A DNA stretch of 62,452 nt, filler included, from Chiloscyllium plagiosum (taxonomy: Eukaryota), in assembly GCF_004010195.1 (NCBI RefSeq). It is 3 parts of one record of this genome, joined end to end, with 100 filler letters (N's around TTAATTAATTAA, not from the genome) between each part and the next. Parts side by side here need not be neighbours in the genome. Positions count along the whole stretch, not along the records: positions 28,278 to 58,122 come from NC_057713.1; 2 more parts are not named here. One strand, written 5' to 3'. The translations under genes and the position numbers were made by a program. How positions within the stretch are numbered: the stretch's first letter is position 1; every line of letters starts with the position of its first letter. The notes under the pieces are model-generated. The model saw only the letters and a program-made list of their open reading frames with translations, had not been told where the DNA came from and did no database searches. Shown one piece after another: positions 36,101-49,619 of the stretch.

Positions 36101-37034
36101 TCACATTATTCTTTATTCATTCAGGGATGAATTTATTGCACATCCCCTCGTGTCCTTGGGAAGGTGGTGGTGAGCTGCCTTCTTCAACAGCTGCAGTCTA
36201 TGTATGTTAGTGGACTAACAGTGCCATTTGGGAGAAAGTTCCAGGAGTTTTACCCAGTGAAACTGAAGGAGCGGTGATATATTTCCAAGTCAGGAAGGTG
36301 TGGGCTTGGAGAGGAGCTTGCAGGTGGTGGTGTTCCTATGTATCTGCTGGCCTTGATCTGCTAGATTTTACTGGTCGTGGTTTTGGAAAGTGCTACCTAA
36401 AAAGATCTGGTGAATTGGTGCAGTGCGTCTCATAGATAGGACACACTGCTGCTAGTGAGCATCAGTGGTGGAGAGAGTGCATGTTTGTGAATGTGCTTTG
36501 TGCAGCCACGCAGCTTAGGGAACAGTCTGGAGGTCAGTTTCTTATTAGAGAATTCCTAACCTCTGGCCTGCTTTTGTAGCTACTCTATTTATATGATTAG
36601 TCCAGTTCAGTCTCTGGTGAATGGCAACCCCTTGGATGTTGACAGTGGGGATTCACTGATGATAATGTAATTCAATGTCAAGGGGCAACGATTATATTCA
36701 TTCTTGTTGGAGGTGAGCATGACTTAACATTTGTTAGTCCAAGCCTAGATATATTCCATATATTTTCCATAATGTAATGCCCAGAAGTGTACAAAATGCT
36801 TCTGCTCAGTTCTAACAAAATCAATGTCACTTCCTTGCTCTTCTATACTATGCCCCTGTTAAGAAAGCAGAGAAGACTATATTTTATTAACCTCTCCCTT
36901 TGCACCTGTTCTGCACCTTCAATGATCTGTGCAAATGAGGACCTAGGCTCCTTTGCTCCTATACCCCTTTAGAATTGTACTCCTATTTTATGTTATCTTT
37001 CAATGCTTTTCTGACCAAAGGAAATCATGTTTCA

Positions 37035-38365
37035 CATGATTGAGTTTTTTGATGAAGTAACAAAGAAGATTGATGAGGGCAGAGCAGTAGATGTGATCTA
37101 TATGGACTTCAGTAAGGCATTCGACAAGGTTCCCCGTGGGAGACTGATTAGCAAGGTTGGATCTCATGGAATACAGGGAGAACTATCCATTTGGATACAG
37201 AACTGGCTCAAAGGTAGAAGATTGAGGGTGGTAGTGGAGGGTTGTTTTTCAGACTGGAGGCCTGTGACCAGTGGAGTGCCACAAGGATCGGTGCTGAGCC
37301 CTCTACTTTTTGTCATTTACATTTGTCATGACAGAAAGATTCCATTTATCCCTGTCTTTTTGTGAAGTGTGTTCCTCATTTCAGTTCTATTCGTGTCACA
37401 TCCCACAATTCCTTTTCCAGTCATCAGTGATATAATCAGTGATGCTTCTTTTTCCTGCCCATAAATGATGTGGATGCGAGCATAAGAGGTACAGTTAGTA
37501 AGTTTGCAGATGACACCAAAATTGGAGGTGGAGTGGACAGTGAAGAGGATTACCTCAGACTACAACAGGATCTTGACCAGATGGGCCAATGGGCTGAGGC
37601 GTGGCAGATGGAGTTTAATTCAGATAAATGCGAGGTGCTGCATTTTGGGAAAGCAAATCTTAGCAGGACTTATACACTTAATGGTTAGGTCCTAGGGATG
37701 TTGCCGAACAAAGAGACCTTGGAGTGCAGGTTCATAACTCCTTGAAAGTGGAGTCGCAGGTAGATAGGATAGTGAAGAAGGCATTTGGTATGCTTTCCTT
37801 TATTGGTCAGAGTATTGAGTACAGGAGTTGGGAGGTCATGTTGCAGCTGTACAGGACATTGGTTAGGCCACTGTTGGAATATTGCATGCAATTGTGGTCT
37901 CCTTCCTATCGGAAAGATGTTGTGAAACTTGAAAGGGTTCAGAAAAGATTTACAAGGATGTTGCCAGGGTTAGAGGATCTGAGCTACAGGGATAGGCTGA
38001 ACAGGCTGTGGCTGTTTTCCCTGGAGCGTCGGAGGCTGAGGGGTGACCTTACAGAGGTTTATAAAATTATGAGGGGTATGGATAGGATAAATAGGCAAAG
38101 TCTTTTCCCAGGGTTCGGGGACTCCAGAACTAGAGGGCATAGATTTCGGGTGAGAGGGGAAAGATATAAAAGAGACCTAAGAGACAACGTTTTCACGCAG
38201 AGGGTGGTACGTGTATGAAATGAGCTGCCAGTGGATGTGGTGGAGGCTGGTACAATTGCAACATTTAAGAGGCATTGGATGGGTATATGAATAGGAAGTG
38301 TTTGGAGGGATATGGGCCAGGTGCTGGCAGGTGGGACTAGATTGGGTTGGGATATCTGGTCAGCA
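37035..38365 (+). mobile_element. Young 5'-truncated CR1 (RT to 3'UTR) with a 137-bp foreign insert
   Basis: ORFs 37027-37365, 37470-37688 (FADD) and 37724-38218. Nearly identical to the copy at 18833-20030. Confidence 0.95.
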
Positions 38366-38369
38366 AATA

Positions 38370-39965
38370 ATATAAAACAGACAGTAAGGGCTTCTTTAAG
38401 TCTGTAAGAAGGAAGATAAAGGCTAAAGTAAATATGCTCCTTAGAAAATGAGGTTGGAAGGTAATAATGGAGAACAAGGAAATGGTAAATGAGTTGAGTT
38501 TTTATCTTGTATCTGTAATCACAATAGAAGACATTTTCAAAATAATAAATAATCAAAGGGCAAACCTGATGGAGGAAATAGAGACAATAACTATCACTGA
38601 GGAAACGATACTCTCCACAATCCTTAGATTATGGAAAAGTCCTACAGCATTGAAAACCTGACATGCTTATGCAAAAAGGCAGAGAGAGAAAAGTACGGAT
38701 AACTACAGGCTAGTTGACTTAACATCTGACATTGGGAAGATGTTAGAGTGTATTACAAAGGATATAATAGCAGAGCAATAAGAAATACATAATATAACCA
38801 AACCAGAACCAGCATGGCTTCATAAAGGGAAAATATGTTTGACAATTTGTTTGTAATTCCTCACAGAGGTAACTCATTCGATAAAAAAGGGAATGAGTGG
38901 ATGTGATATAGTTTCATTTTCAAAATGCGTTTGATGTGGTCTTGCACATAGGTTACTTAATAGGACAGAACCCATAACATCAGAGGTAGCATGTTAGCAT
39001 GGATAGAAGATTGGCTAATAGAAAGCAAAGAGTTGGAATACAGGGAAATTTTCTGGGTGGAATTTCTAACTAGCAGATAGCCACAGAGTTCAGTGTTAAG
39101 GCCAAATATATTTACATTATACTTTACTGATGAGGAATGTTGACATACAACTGCCAACCTGAAGGTGACAGAAAAATAGGTGGAAAAGCAAGTGGTGACC
39201 ACGTCAGAAAAAATCTGCAGAGGGATAGAGACGTGTTAAATGAATGGGCAGAAACTTGGCAGATGGAATATAAGTGAGTAAATGTGTGGCTATGTGCTTT
39301 GGCAGGAAGAATAGAGGAGCTGAGTACCACTCAAATGGAGAAATATTGGAGGGAGCTGCAGCAGAGAAGGCCAAATGCATAAATCATCAGAAAATAAATT
39401 CAGTAGGATATATGGAAAATGAATGGGGAAAGTTGGCATTGATTTCAAAAGGAATGGAGCATGATGATAGAGGATGTCTTGCTGAAACTATACTAAGCAC
39501 TAGTTAGACTTGACATCGAAAACTGAGAAAAGAGTTGGTCCTGTTATCTAAGGAATGATATATTGTCATTAAAGGCAGTCCATGGACGGTTGACTAAGTT
39601 GATCTGAGACACAGATGGATATTCTTGTCAGGAAAGGTTGAATAGGTTGGGACTGTACCCATTGGAGTTTAGAAGAATGAGAAGTGAGCTTATTGAAACA
39701 CATATCTTAGAGAGCTTGACAGGGTAGATGCATAAAAGTTGTTTCCCCTTGTAGAAAAATCTAAAACAAAAGGGCATAATCTCAGTTTAAGGGGTCATAC
39801 ATTTAAGATGGAGATGATGAGGTGGAATGTCTTCTCTCAGAGAGTAGTGAATCAATGGAATTCTTTACCACAGAAAGTGGTAGAGGCTCTGTCATTAAAT
39901 ATGTTCAATGCTGTGATATGGGCTGAATGAACTATTTCTACTCCTACAATGTGGTCTTATGGTCT
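38370..39965 (+). mobile_element. Old degenerate CR1 ORF2
   Basis: Remnants NYRLV, QHGFIKGK and RVVNQWNSLPQKVVEA. Confidence 0.8.
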
Positions 39966-42854
39966 AGAAGCATTACAAAAGCACCATGATAATACATCCA
40001 TATCTTACATTCACAAAAATATAAATTATTGATCCAGTGTCTGAGTAGCAGGAGACAGAGAAGCAGTATACAGGCAGAAGCTTAGTCCTGAAGAGTCATA
40101 TCAAAGCAGAAACATAACTCTGTTTTTCTCTCTCTGCAGATGCTGCTAGGCTACTGAGTTTTTCCAGCACTTTCTGTTTTTGTATAAGAATATGTTGACT
40201 TGCAATGATCCACTTTGTGCCTCGGCTGTTCAATGTATTTATTATTGAATTATGGAAATGTTGGAAGTTAATGTCAAATTTCTAAATTTGCTCATGACAT
40301 AAAGACATGAATGACATCATCAAGCACGTCCAGTCTTTATGTTGGTACCTTGTTCAACATCATGTGACGTCTTTGGGTTTATGGCATAATGGCACCAAAA
40401 TGGGTGGCATTGCAAACTGTATAGATGTTTGAAAACCTCTTTGACAAATAGCAATTGAAGTGAGATCAATTGTTAATTTTATAACTGAGACTGATAGATC
40501 TTTACCAGATATTTTTCAAGGTGTCAAGGGATTTGGGGAAAAGGCAGGGTTATAGAGTTGATTCACAGATCAATCATAATCTTATGAAATGGTTAAAGGC
40601 GAGGCAAAGTCCACCAAGGACATCTCTTAAACTTTGCAACGATTAGACCTTACGATTTCCTCAGCCACATTCTCCACTGGCTTTTCACTATCTTCTCTGC
40701 CATTTCCCCTAATTTCTCCAGACACCTTTTCCTCTGTTACCTCCTCCATTTTCAATCCCTGCCACCTTCTGTGAATTTCTCACCTCTGCCAATCTCTCTG
40801 AACTCTATGACTTCCTCATCTCTCTCAGTCTTTCTACCTCTGTTCGTAGACTTCTTCTCTCCTGCCACAGTTGCCCACCTTTCACTGTTCTGACTCTCTG
40901 GAACCTGCTTGCCTCTTCATTGATCCCTTTAAAACATTCTCTTGTCCTCTCCTAATCTCTAGGAACACACCACCACCCTTCAGATTCTCCCCTCTCTTCC
41001 TCTGATCCTTCTGATGCCATCCACTACCCTGTCACCTCTACCTTGCAGCTATGATTTCTGACTGATCTGGAGCCATGGGTCAAACTATCAGGCAAAACTC
41101 AATCCAGTGAGCATGGTTGGGAATGTTTGAAATCACATTCTAAATTCAATAGGACTTTCTGGAAATTCCATTCTGTCAGCTTTTCCAAGGAAAGGATTGT
41201 CCCTCTGTTCCCACCTGGTTCCCTGTAAATGAAAGGTGTCCGTGTTGAAATGGTCATTTTCAATTTAATAAAACCTAATAATTAGTGGGCTAGCATGAGA
41301 AGGAAACTGCAGTATTTCCATTAAAACCCAACCAGCCCATCAATGCCTTTCAGGTACTGGAGCTAGTTCTTGTGGAGGTCAGTTAGCTGGACTACTGGTT
41401 CTTAATGCAGAGTGATGCCAACATGTGGGTTCAATTCTTGCACTAGCTGAGGTTATCATGAAGGAATCTCCTTCTCAAGCCTTGCCTGACGTTAGGTGAC
41501 CCTCAGGTTAAACCACCACCAGTCATCTCTCTCTAATGAATCAGCAGTCCTCAAACTTACTCAGTTTTACCTATACATTATAAAGCATCGGAAATGATTA
41601 ATCATCAAGATTAATCTGACCTTTTGTAAGACTTGCATTGATAAAAAAATAAGATGTTTGGGACCAGGGCACTAACCTGAGGAACTCCTGCAGCAAGGTC
41701 CTGGGAGTGAGAAGATTAACTTTTGAAATTACAACTATCTGCCTTTGTGCTCAGCATGAATTCAACTACTGGAAAGCTTGCTGTCGGATTTCCATTGACA
41801 TCCATTTTATGAGGGCTCTTTGATGTCTCACTCATGTCCGTAAGTTATCTGCTGATCCAGTGAAACTTGATTCTTCTCATTCCAGTTACTAAATGCATTA
41901 ATACTCAGTTTTGATGGTTAAAATACATACAAAATCATTCATTTCTGATCGAATGTAACTGTTTGCCCAATAATTCCTTGGATTGTTAAACTATTCTTCA
42001 TCTCCTTTCACTGTTTTTCATCTGAATTTTAACAAATTTGCCATACACATAAAAATTTTGCTCATTAGACTTGATTTGTGCCAATGACATTTCCTATCAA
42101 ATATGAGGCTCAAGGGCAGTGATATGTGAACAGTTGACATAGCCTGAATATAAAGTGCCTCCTTGCTTGCACATCTGTCTGAAAAGTAATTGCATGGAGC
42201 AGGGATTTTCCCTTGTTTTTAATAGAATTACTCTAATGCAATGTGGCTGCTCAGGATCCTGGCTGTGTCCAACCTAACAGACAGCAGAGTAATATATATT
42301 GACTCTGTCCGTTAATGGTGAGGGCTATCAGGAAGGAGTGTAGCCTATCACAGATCATCCTATGCAGATCTTCAGAGTGGGTGTCAAGGTCAGCAGGGAT
42401 TATAACTATTGCACGTTGTCTTTGCATAAATCACCACTACACAGAAAATGCAATTCCATTATTTGCTGAAGTCCCTGATGTCATGAACTTGCAAGGATAA
42501 TGCATTTTTCATAAGACAGTGAAGTCCTGATGCTGTCAACTAAAAGACAATTCTCCCTCCTACTGAGTCATCAGCTGTCAACCGCAGACATAGGGGAAAA
42601 AAATCAAGACAAATAGCTTTGTAGCAAATAAATGTAGAGCAATTTCCTTTCATTTGGCTTGCTTAGTGTCTCTACACCAGCATTATATCTGTCACTCTAT
42701 CAGCTTCTCTCCAATGTCAACAGGCTCTCTATACCCACAGTATGATTTATTCCAAAACTATCTCCTAGCTTTCACATTCCTCTATATTCTTACCCACCCT
42801 GGTTTTGTGATTTACTGTAGGCTCTGTATTATGCTTGCATTTTTCTCTCAACAT

Positions 42855-43309
42855 GATGTTGCCAGGGTTGGATGGTTTGAGCTTTTGAGACAGGTTGAAT
42901 AGGCTGGAGCTATTTTCCCTGGAGCATTGGAGGCTGAGGGGTGACCTTATAGAGGTTTACAAAATCATGAGGGCATGGATAGTGTGAATGGTGAAGATTT
43001 TTTTCCCAGGGTAGGGGGGCCCAAGTCTAGAGGAACGAGGTTTAAGATGAGACGGGAATGATATAAAAGGAACCTAAGGGCCAGCTTTTCACACATAGGG
43101 TGGTATGTGTATGGAACGAGCTGCCAAAAGAAGTGGTGGAGGCTGATACAATAACAATGTTTAAAACCATCTAGATAGGTATATGAATAGGAAGGATTTA
43201 GATGGCTGGCAAATGGGACTGAATTAATTTAGGATCTCTAGTCGATATAGACGAGTTGGACTGAAGGGTCTGTGCTGTACATCTCTATGACTATGACTCT
43301 ATGACTCTG
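42855..43309 (+). mobile_element. CR1 3' end with (ATGACTCT)n tail
   Basis: Homologous to 37955-38360, ending in an octamer tandem tail at ~43285-43309. Confidence 0.9.
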
Positions 43310-46300
43310 AAATCATTAGAGACTGTTGATTTAGGAATTGCATTCTCGCCTGTCAGTTGAGATCATGGGCTAGGTTTCTGCAGAATGGGGAAAGCCCCAT
43401 AAACGTTTCTAATGGTAGGTTCCAGATGTCTTGCCTTCACTTCGGACACATAAAATTTGGTGGAAGGTGAAGGGAATTGGGGTGTGATTCACGCAGGCAG
43501 GAAACCTCAATTCAACAGATTCATTAGAATTTAGCGCTGAGCTTATTTAATATTCCAAGATGATTCGCATAAGCTTTATCCAATAGAATGTCATACTGAA
43601 CCACATCAGTAAATATTAGGACATCAGGTCAAATATGTAAGTTTTAAGGAGCCTCTTAAAGAAGGGGGAGGTAGAAATGCTAATAAGATTATGCAAAGAA
43701 TTTCAGAATTAAACATGTGGTTAGTTGAAGGCACAAGCATGAATGATAGAGTGATAAAAATCCAAGATCCATTTAATGTGGAAGTCAAAATCTGTGGACA
43801 GCAATGCTATTAGTTTAAACTGTCAAATGTCTCACAATGGACTTTAACCACTAAGTTAATATTTTTTATGTCTAAGTAACATATGGTAACAGAGTAGGTG
43901 AAGGGAGTAATTTATGAAATAACCTTCGTTCATAATTAATGTGTGTTAATGTCTTTTCATTTGAAATTTATAGGCAGAGGTTAAACGGAATGAAATGACT
44001 CTCACTACCAGAAATAAAAACAGAAACAAAGGATCAGAGACAAAACAGAAAGTGCAGTCATCATCCTCTGTCAACAAAGAAAGAACAGGTTATGTTTCAG
44101 GTAGACACTCTGGGCTAATTTTGAATTTGAGGAATGGTACAGAACAGGCAACATTCAATCTTTTTCTCATTTTCAGTTTCATGGGCTGACAATCGGCAGA
44201 AATGTATAAAGGTTGGCTGAGCCAATGTTGTCTAATTTACATTACCACTCAAAATCAAAATCCTCTCCACAGCCTGTGCTGTCTGCATAGATTTGATTGG
44301 AAAGCCACCGTATTGATTCTTCCTCGACATTTTCTACTTATTTATTAATGTTTCAAAGTGTCAGTGAGAAAGGATTAAACAATTGTACTTGCAGCCTTTG
44401 TGCACATGAGCAGCACAGAGCTTTTCCTCAGGGATTTTTAATTAACATCAGCCTGATCCAAAATGTTTAAAGCACATTTCCAAAAAAAGGTATCAAATAT
44501 AATTACAAAAATTGAACAGAGCAAACTCAAAAGGAAAGAGCAGTCAGAAAGAGCAGTTATAAGTAAAAACAAAAATGGTTATTTTAAGCTAAGTCCTCAG
44601 TTGCTGCTGTCTTAATTGCGTGAAAATGATGTTTGCAACAACCCTACATTCTTTTCAAAGATGCTGTAGTTTTTCAATGCTTGGTCTGACACTATCTGCA
44701 TGATAGGGGAAGGTGGTTACTTTTCTTAATTCATTCACAGGATGAGGACGTCGCTGCTGAGACCAACATTTATCACATAACTCCAATTGCCCAGATGGTA
44801 GTTAAGAGGCAATCATATTGCCATGGGTCTGGAGTCGCATGTAGGCCAGACCAGGGAGGACAGGGGTTTCCTTCCCTAAAGGACATTAGCAAACCAGTTG
44901 AGTTTTCAGACAATCAATAATGGCTTCATAGTCATCTTTAGACTCTTAATTCCAGAAACTTTGTAAATAGAATTCAAATTCCACCATGTACCATGGGGGG
45001 ACTTGAACCCAAGTCTCCCAGAGCATTTCCTATGCCCCTGAATTAACAGTCCAGTGATAATTCCACTAGGCTATCACTTGGGCCACTCTACATGGAAACA
45101 GGACCATCTGACACTAAGCTTGGGCTGAGGACCTTAAGTGGTCCATAATTTAAGAGCTTCAGATTGTGGCAGAGCAGCGAGGTAGCAGTAGGATTCAGCT
45201 ATGGCACCACCCTACCTAATTATTACCCCTCCCCCATGTTCAATTTGCCACCTTTGGGAGAATAAGGTTCTTCCATGTGACTGGATCAATAGGAATGGAA
45301 CCTGATGGGGATAGTTCCACTCAACTCGAAGCCTTGAACAGGGAGTGGTTAGTCATAATTGTGTCAATACCTGCGGACAGGATGAGAAGAATGAGAAAGG
45401 ATGGCCACAGTCTAAGAGATTGCCATTTGCACTTTCAGGTTTGCAACATCAATTAAGTACAACAGCGTAAATAAACCTTGCTACCTTACCATTACATTGA
45501 CAATGGAACACAATGACATACATACTAGATTACATAGAGTTTGGTCTATGTTCTGTATGACAGGAATTATTGCTCATTTGATCCAGCATCTTTAGCTCAG
45601 TGTTCTTGAATACAGCCGAGCACAACAAAGCTGCATCCACCACTGTCAGATTAAAACTCTCAGTTTATCAATATATCTGAGAATGGTTAATGCCTTAATA
45701 GACCATTCGTTTTACATAACAGGTTTCGGGTAACAAGTGCACGGTGTGTTGGAGGCACAAATGAAGAAGACCAATAAAAGACTGAAGTTTGCAGCAATGA
45801 AAGCAAAATACTGCAGATTTTGGAAGCCTGAGGCATTGGTGGAGAATGTTGGAGAACTCATTAGGTCTGTAGAGAGAGAGAAAAAAGTTAAGATTTAAAC
45901 ATGCCAGACTTGAAACATTAACATTGATGTCTTTCCACAAATGCTGGCAGGTTCACTGCATTTCCCCAGTATTTCCTGTGATTGTTGCAGTTCAGCAAAT
46001 TCACTGCGTTAATACGAACAATGCATGCTCAAATATCATATCATATCAGTGTAATGTTTGACAAAGTTACAGGCTGTACTCAATTCTACCTCAACAAACT
46101 GCTGCAGTGAAAGATATAGGACTATTTTCAACGAGTCTTGATATCAAGGGTTGTGGGGAGAGCAGGGAACAAAATGAGATGATCAGCCATGATCGGTTTG
46201 AATTGTAGAGCAAACTCAATGGGCTGAATGGCCCACTCTTGCTCCTACTTTCTATGTTTCTATGATCCACCTATGATGAAAAGGGAAACTCAATGCAGTG

Positions 46301-47366
46301 TATTATGAGCTCTAAATGATTAACCAATTTTGCAGTAAAGATCAAGCAGTTTTGCCTGGGAAAAGGGGGTGGTGGAGATGGTAGGGGGTGGTGGGTATCT
46401 TACATAAGTTGTGGACAACAGGAAATAAACCTTTCCACACTGCACTTGTTGATACCAAGCCACTGAGTTGGCAACAACAGGAATGAAATATTGTTATTAG
46501 TGAAAATGAGACAGGATGTTGCACTTTTGGGGGCTAAATTTGTTAAGATCACTATTAGGTTCTCCTTGATCCCCAAAATTGTCCCTATCTCCAATATTAT
46601 TATATCATACACAAACAATGAGATTCCAATGCCCTTGGGTATTGGGATCTATGGTCAGAGGGGATAGGGGAAGGCAGGAACCAGGAGCAAGAATTATTGC
46701 AGTAAGCCCTTACTTTTTGCCTAACGTTCTGTGACTTTTCAGGTTAATTTGACTTGTAGATGCTACTGCTGACAAATAGCAAGCCAATATTATGGTGTGG
46801 ATGGAAAGCATGCATTATTTCTATATTGTAGGATTTTGGTTTGCGATCAGTAATTTGCTGACTTTTAGGTGAACACTATTAAGTTGAACACATTGTAAAC
46901 ACTATTAGAAGCTAAACACAGTTTTAATTACACAAACTTTAATCAGGCTTCCTATCCTGGGGGTTCCTGCACTATCACCACCCACTTTCCCCTCCCTGCC
47001 AGCTAGGTTGGAAACTTTAGGACTTGGGGGTTTTCGATCAACATTGGGAGGAGACTGATTTTGACATACAGCTGACCATTCCTGTTTGCTGCACCCAGTG
47101 CCTCAATGAAGACTTTGGATTGTGCCGGCCTTCAGTCTGGGTTGAGTCCACTAATGCAGACGGATGTGTTTTGGATTTATCAGGTGAGTACTTTGTTTTC
47201 CTTAGTTTCTGGTGGTTTTTGCTAGCTGGTTTCCACCCAGGATATGTCTGAGGCCTTGTAATGTTGGTCAAGTTGGTAGTTTTCAGAGGTTGATGACTTT
47301 AGGTCTGCTGGTTGTGGTCAATTACCGTTGATTCCCCTGGTACGGAAAGGCCTGTGTCAGATTGCC

Positions 47367-47474
47367 GTCGGGATCCCTCTTCTGGAGATAGCTGTGCCGT
47401 TAGTTCTCAGGGAGATAGCTGTTGGGATTCTTCTTCTGGAGATGGCTGTGGGGATAGCTCTTGGGGTAGTAACT
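47367..47474. repeat. Four imperfect 27-bp tandem units
   Basis: GTCGGGATCCCTCTTCTGGAGATAGCT / GTGCCGTTAGTTCTCAGGGAGATAGCT / GTTGGGATTCTTCTTCTGGAGATGGCT / GTGGGGATAGCTCTTGGGGTAGTAACT. Confidence 0.85.
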
Positions 47475-49064
47475 CCTTCAGGTGAGATCAGTGCCTGCAA
47501 TTATACTAATTGCAGACCTCTTACTTTTGTGCCAAATCGCCTCTTGCCATTGTATTACTGGTGTTCCCTTTGAGGTCAGTTGGCTTCTTGACAGTTAAGA
47601 CTATGTGTCAATATATTTTGATTGTGGTCAAATGTCCGCTATCTCTCTGAATGAATACTGATTGAAGTTGGCTGTCTTGGTATCTGAACAGGCTCCATAA
47701 TATCGGGATTGGGGGAGTCTGAAGGGTAAAAGTTAGTTTCAGTCTGGAGTGTTAGATTTGGTTGATTGTTCTGTTAAGAGTCGAGGTGTGAATTGTATTT
47801 TCGGGTTGAATGATGGTTAGGTGCATTAGTCATAGGAAATGTAGAATAATAGGGTGGGGGTCTTGGTGGGATAGTCTTAGGTGTGGACTCATTGGGCCAA
47901 CTGGCCTGTTTCCACACTGTTATGATTCCAGGATTTTGTCACCTAAGAAGGCTGCATATTCTTACGTGATATAGTTGAATCCCCTATATCTATTTGTCTA
48001 ATCTACTCTCCTTTCGCATCTCCTCTGAACTCTAAAAAGTGCTAATTTGTGAGATTTATCCATTGAAACATGCCATGACTTTCTTTGTCTGAACCTTAAT
48101 AACTTTTATACATTTTCTTTACAGTCTACCTCAAGATCACATTTTGGAGTAAGAATAAAATGCCAATTAGGGTGTAAAAAAAGGAAAAAGTCAGTTAAAA
48201 TATTCTTGTTAATCCTGATTTCTTTTAATTTCATTTTTATCTTCTATTCCATCTAATTGCATCTCAGACAAAACAGTTAGGTCGAATCTGACATTCTTTT
48301 GGCTAAGTGCTGGTTGCATCAATGTTTGGAGGCTCTTGTAGGATGTCTTAGCAAACTCGTGTCAGTAACTACCTTCCCCGCACCAAGGTGTCCCACTTTC
48401 CCGAGTCTAGTCCCAATGTGCCTTGCACCATTCCAAGAACAATGTGTCACTCAGCAAGCACCCACCATAAGAATGGCATCGCTTATGAGCACAAAATCTT
48501 TAATAGGCTCCTGTGGTGTTGACAATCACCACTGTCCCTTACCAGTAGCATAATGACACAGTAAACCCAGAGCTGTGCTGTCCTTCTCTGGCATGGCTGA
48601 TATTCCCTTGTGTACACACCTCCATCTCGATCACTGTTTAACTATCATGTCTTTAGCTCCATCCCGTATATGCACCCTCTTTAAGTCACTGTTATTCTGT
48701 GCCCTCTGGAGCCCAACATCTAGCCATTGTCCAGGAGAAAAGGTCAATGACAGGTAAGTAATTGAATAATTTCAAACATGAGTTTTATTTACAGCCAACA
48801 AAAGTGAACATAAACAGAGGCTGAATTTCACCCTCACAATGCAAACCAATGCATGATGACCAATAGTTATTCTACAGTCAACAAATGACTCCAACACCCA
48901 GCTCCAATCTACTGGAACTGGGTGTCTATCAGGTCCTAAATAAAAACTGAAAAAAAAACTATGGATGCCGTAAATCAGAAACAAACCAGAAATTTCCAGA
49001 AAAGCTCAGTAGGTCTGGCAGCATCTGTGAAAAGAAATCAGAGTTAACATTTCAACAATTTCTG

Positions 49065-49360
49065 TGTTTGTCCATCAGAGCCTGTTTGGCTAGTAGTGTC
49101 TGATAATGCTGAACTCTGTCATTCATATGGAGAGCTTGCTCCTCCACAGTGTTTTCATCCTTCTCCTCATTAGACTGTTCCCATTCCCCCAGTTCCTCAG
49201 CATCTATCGCGTCATCTTGCTGTCTTCTCCAATGTACAGGGCACAACATGCCAAGGTGATGCAGTATGCTCTGTCCGGACTATATTAGAGGGCTTCTTCC
49301 CCCAAGCTAGGAACACTGTAAGCTGCAGAATTGCACGTTGATTAGCTGTCTGCTCTGCTG
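49065..49360 (-). mobile_element. Degenerate Harbinger/PIF (HARBI1-like) transposase C-terminus
   Basis: Minus frame GEEAL*YSPDRAYCITLACCALYI resembles the G.LQYSP....I..ACC.LHN motif and is followed by an acidic tail (ORF 49052-49249). Confidence 0.65.
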
Positions 49361-49364
49361 CACT

Positions 49365-49572
49365 ATGGCCTGATTATGAATGGGTTCCGTAATTGAGTAC
49401 ACTTGTAAGTCAATTTAGGTGTAAGTCAGAACACAGTAAAATAATAGCCATGTTAAGTATGAGCAAATGTTGGATCTTTAAAAACAATATTAATATATCC
49501 CTGTGGGGGATCTTGTTCATAAGTATGAACAATTGCTCTTAAGTCGGATGTTCATAAATCGGGCACCAGCTA
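49365..49572. mobile_element. Tigger-like MITE remnant
   Basis: Shares TGTTCATAAGTATGAA and AAGTC.GAACAC with ~23715-23905. Ends are Tigger-like. Confidence 0.45.
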
Positions 49573-49619
49573 CACTGAGCTGGCTGTACTGGCTAAGTTG
49601 CCTCATGTGCCTGTGCCTT

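Noticed and set aside
42314..42337. AATGGTGAGGGCTATCAGGAAGG resembling the kinase GEGYGRK coding stretch
   Set aside because: Wrong strand for the kinase gene and the surrounding translation does not match.
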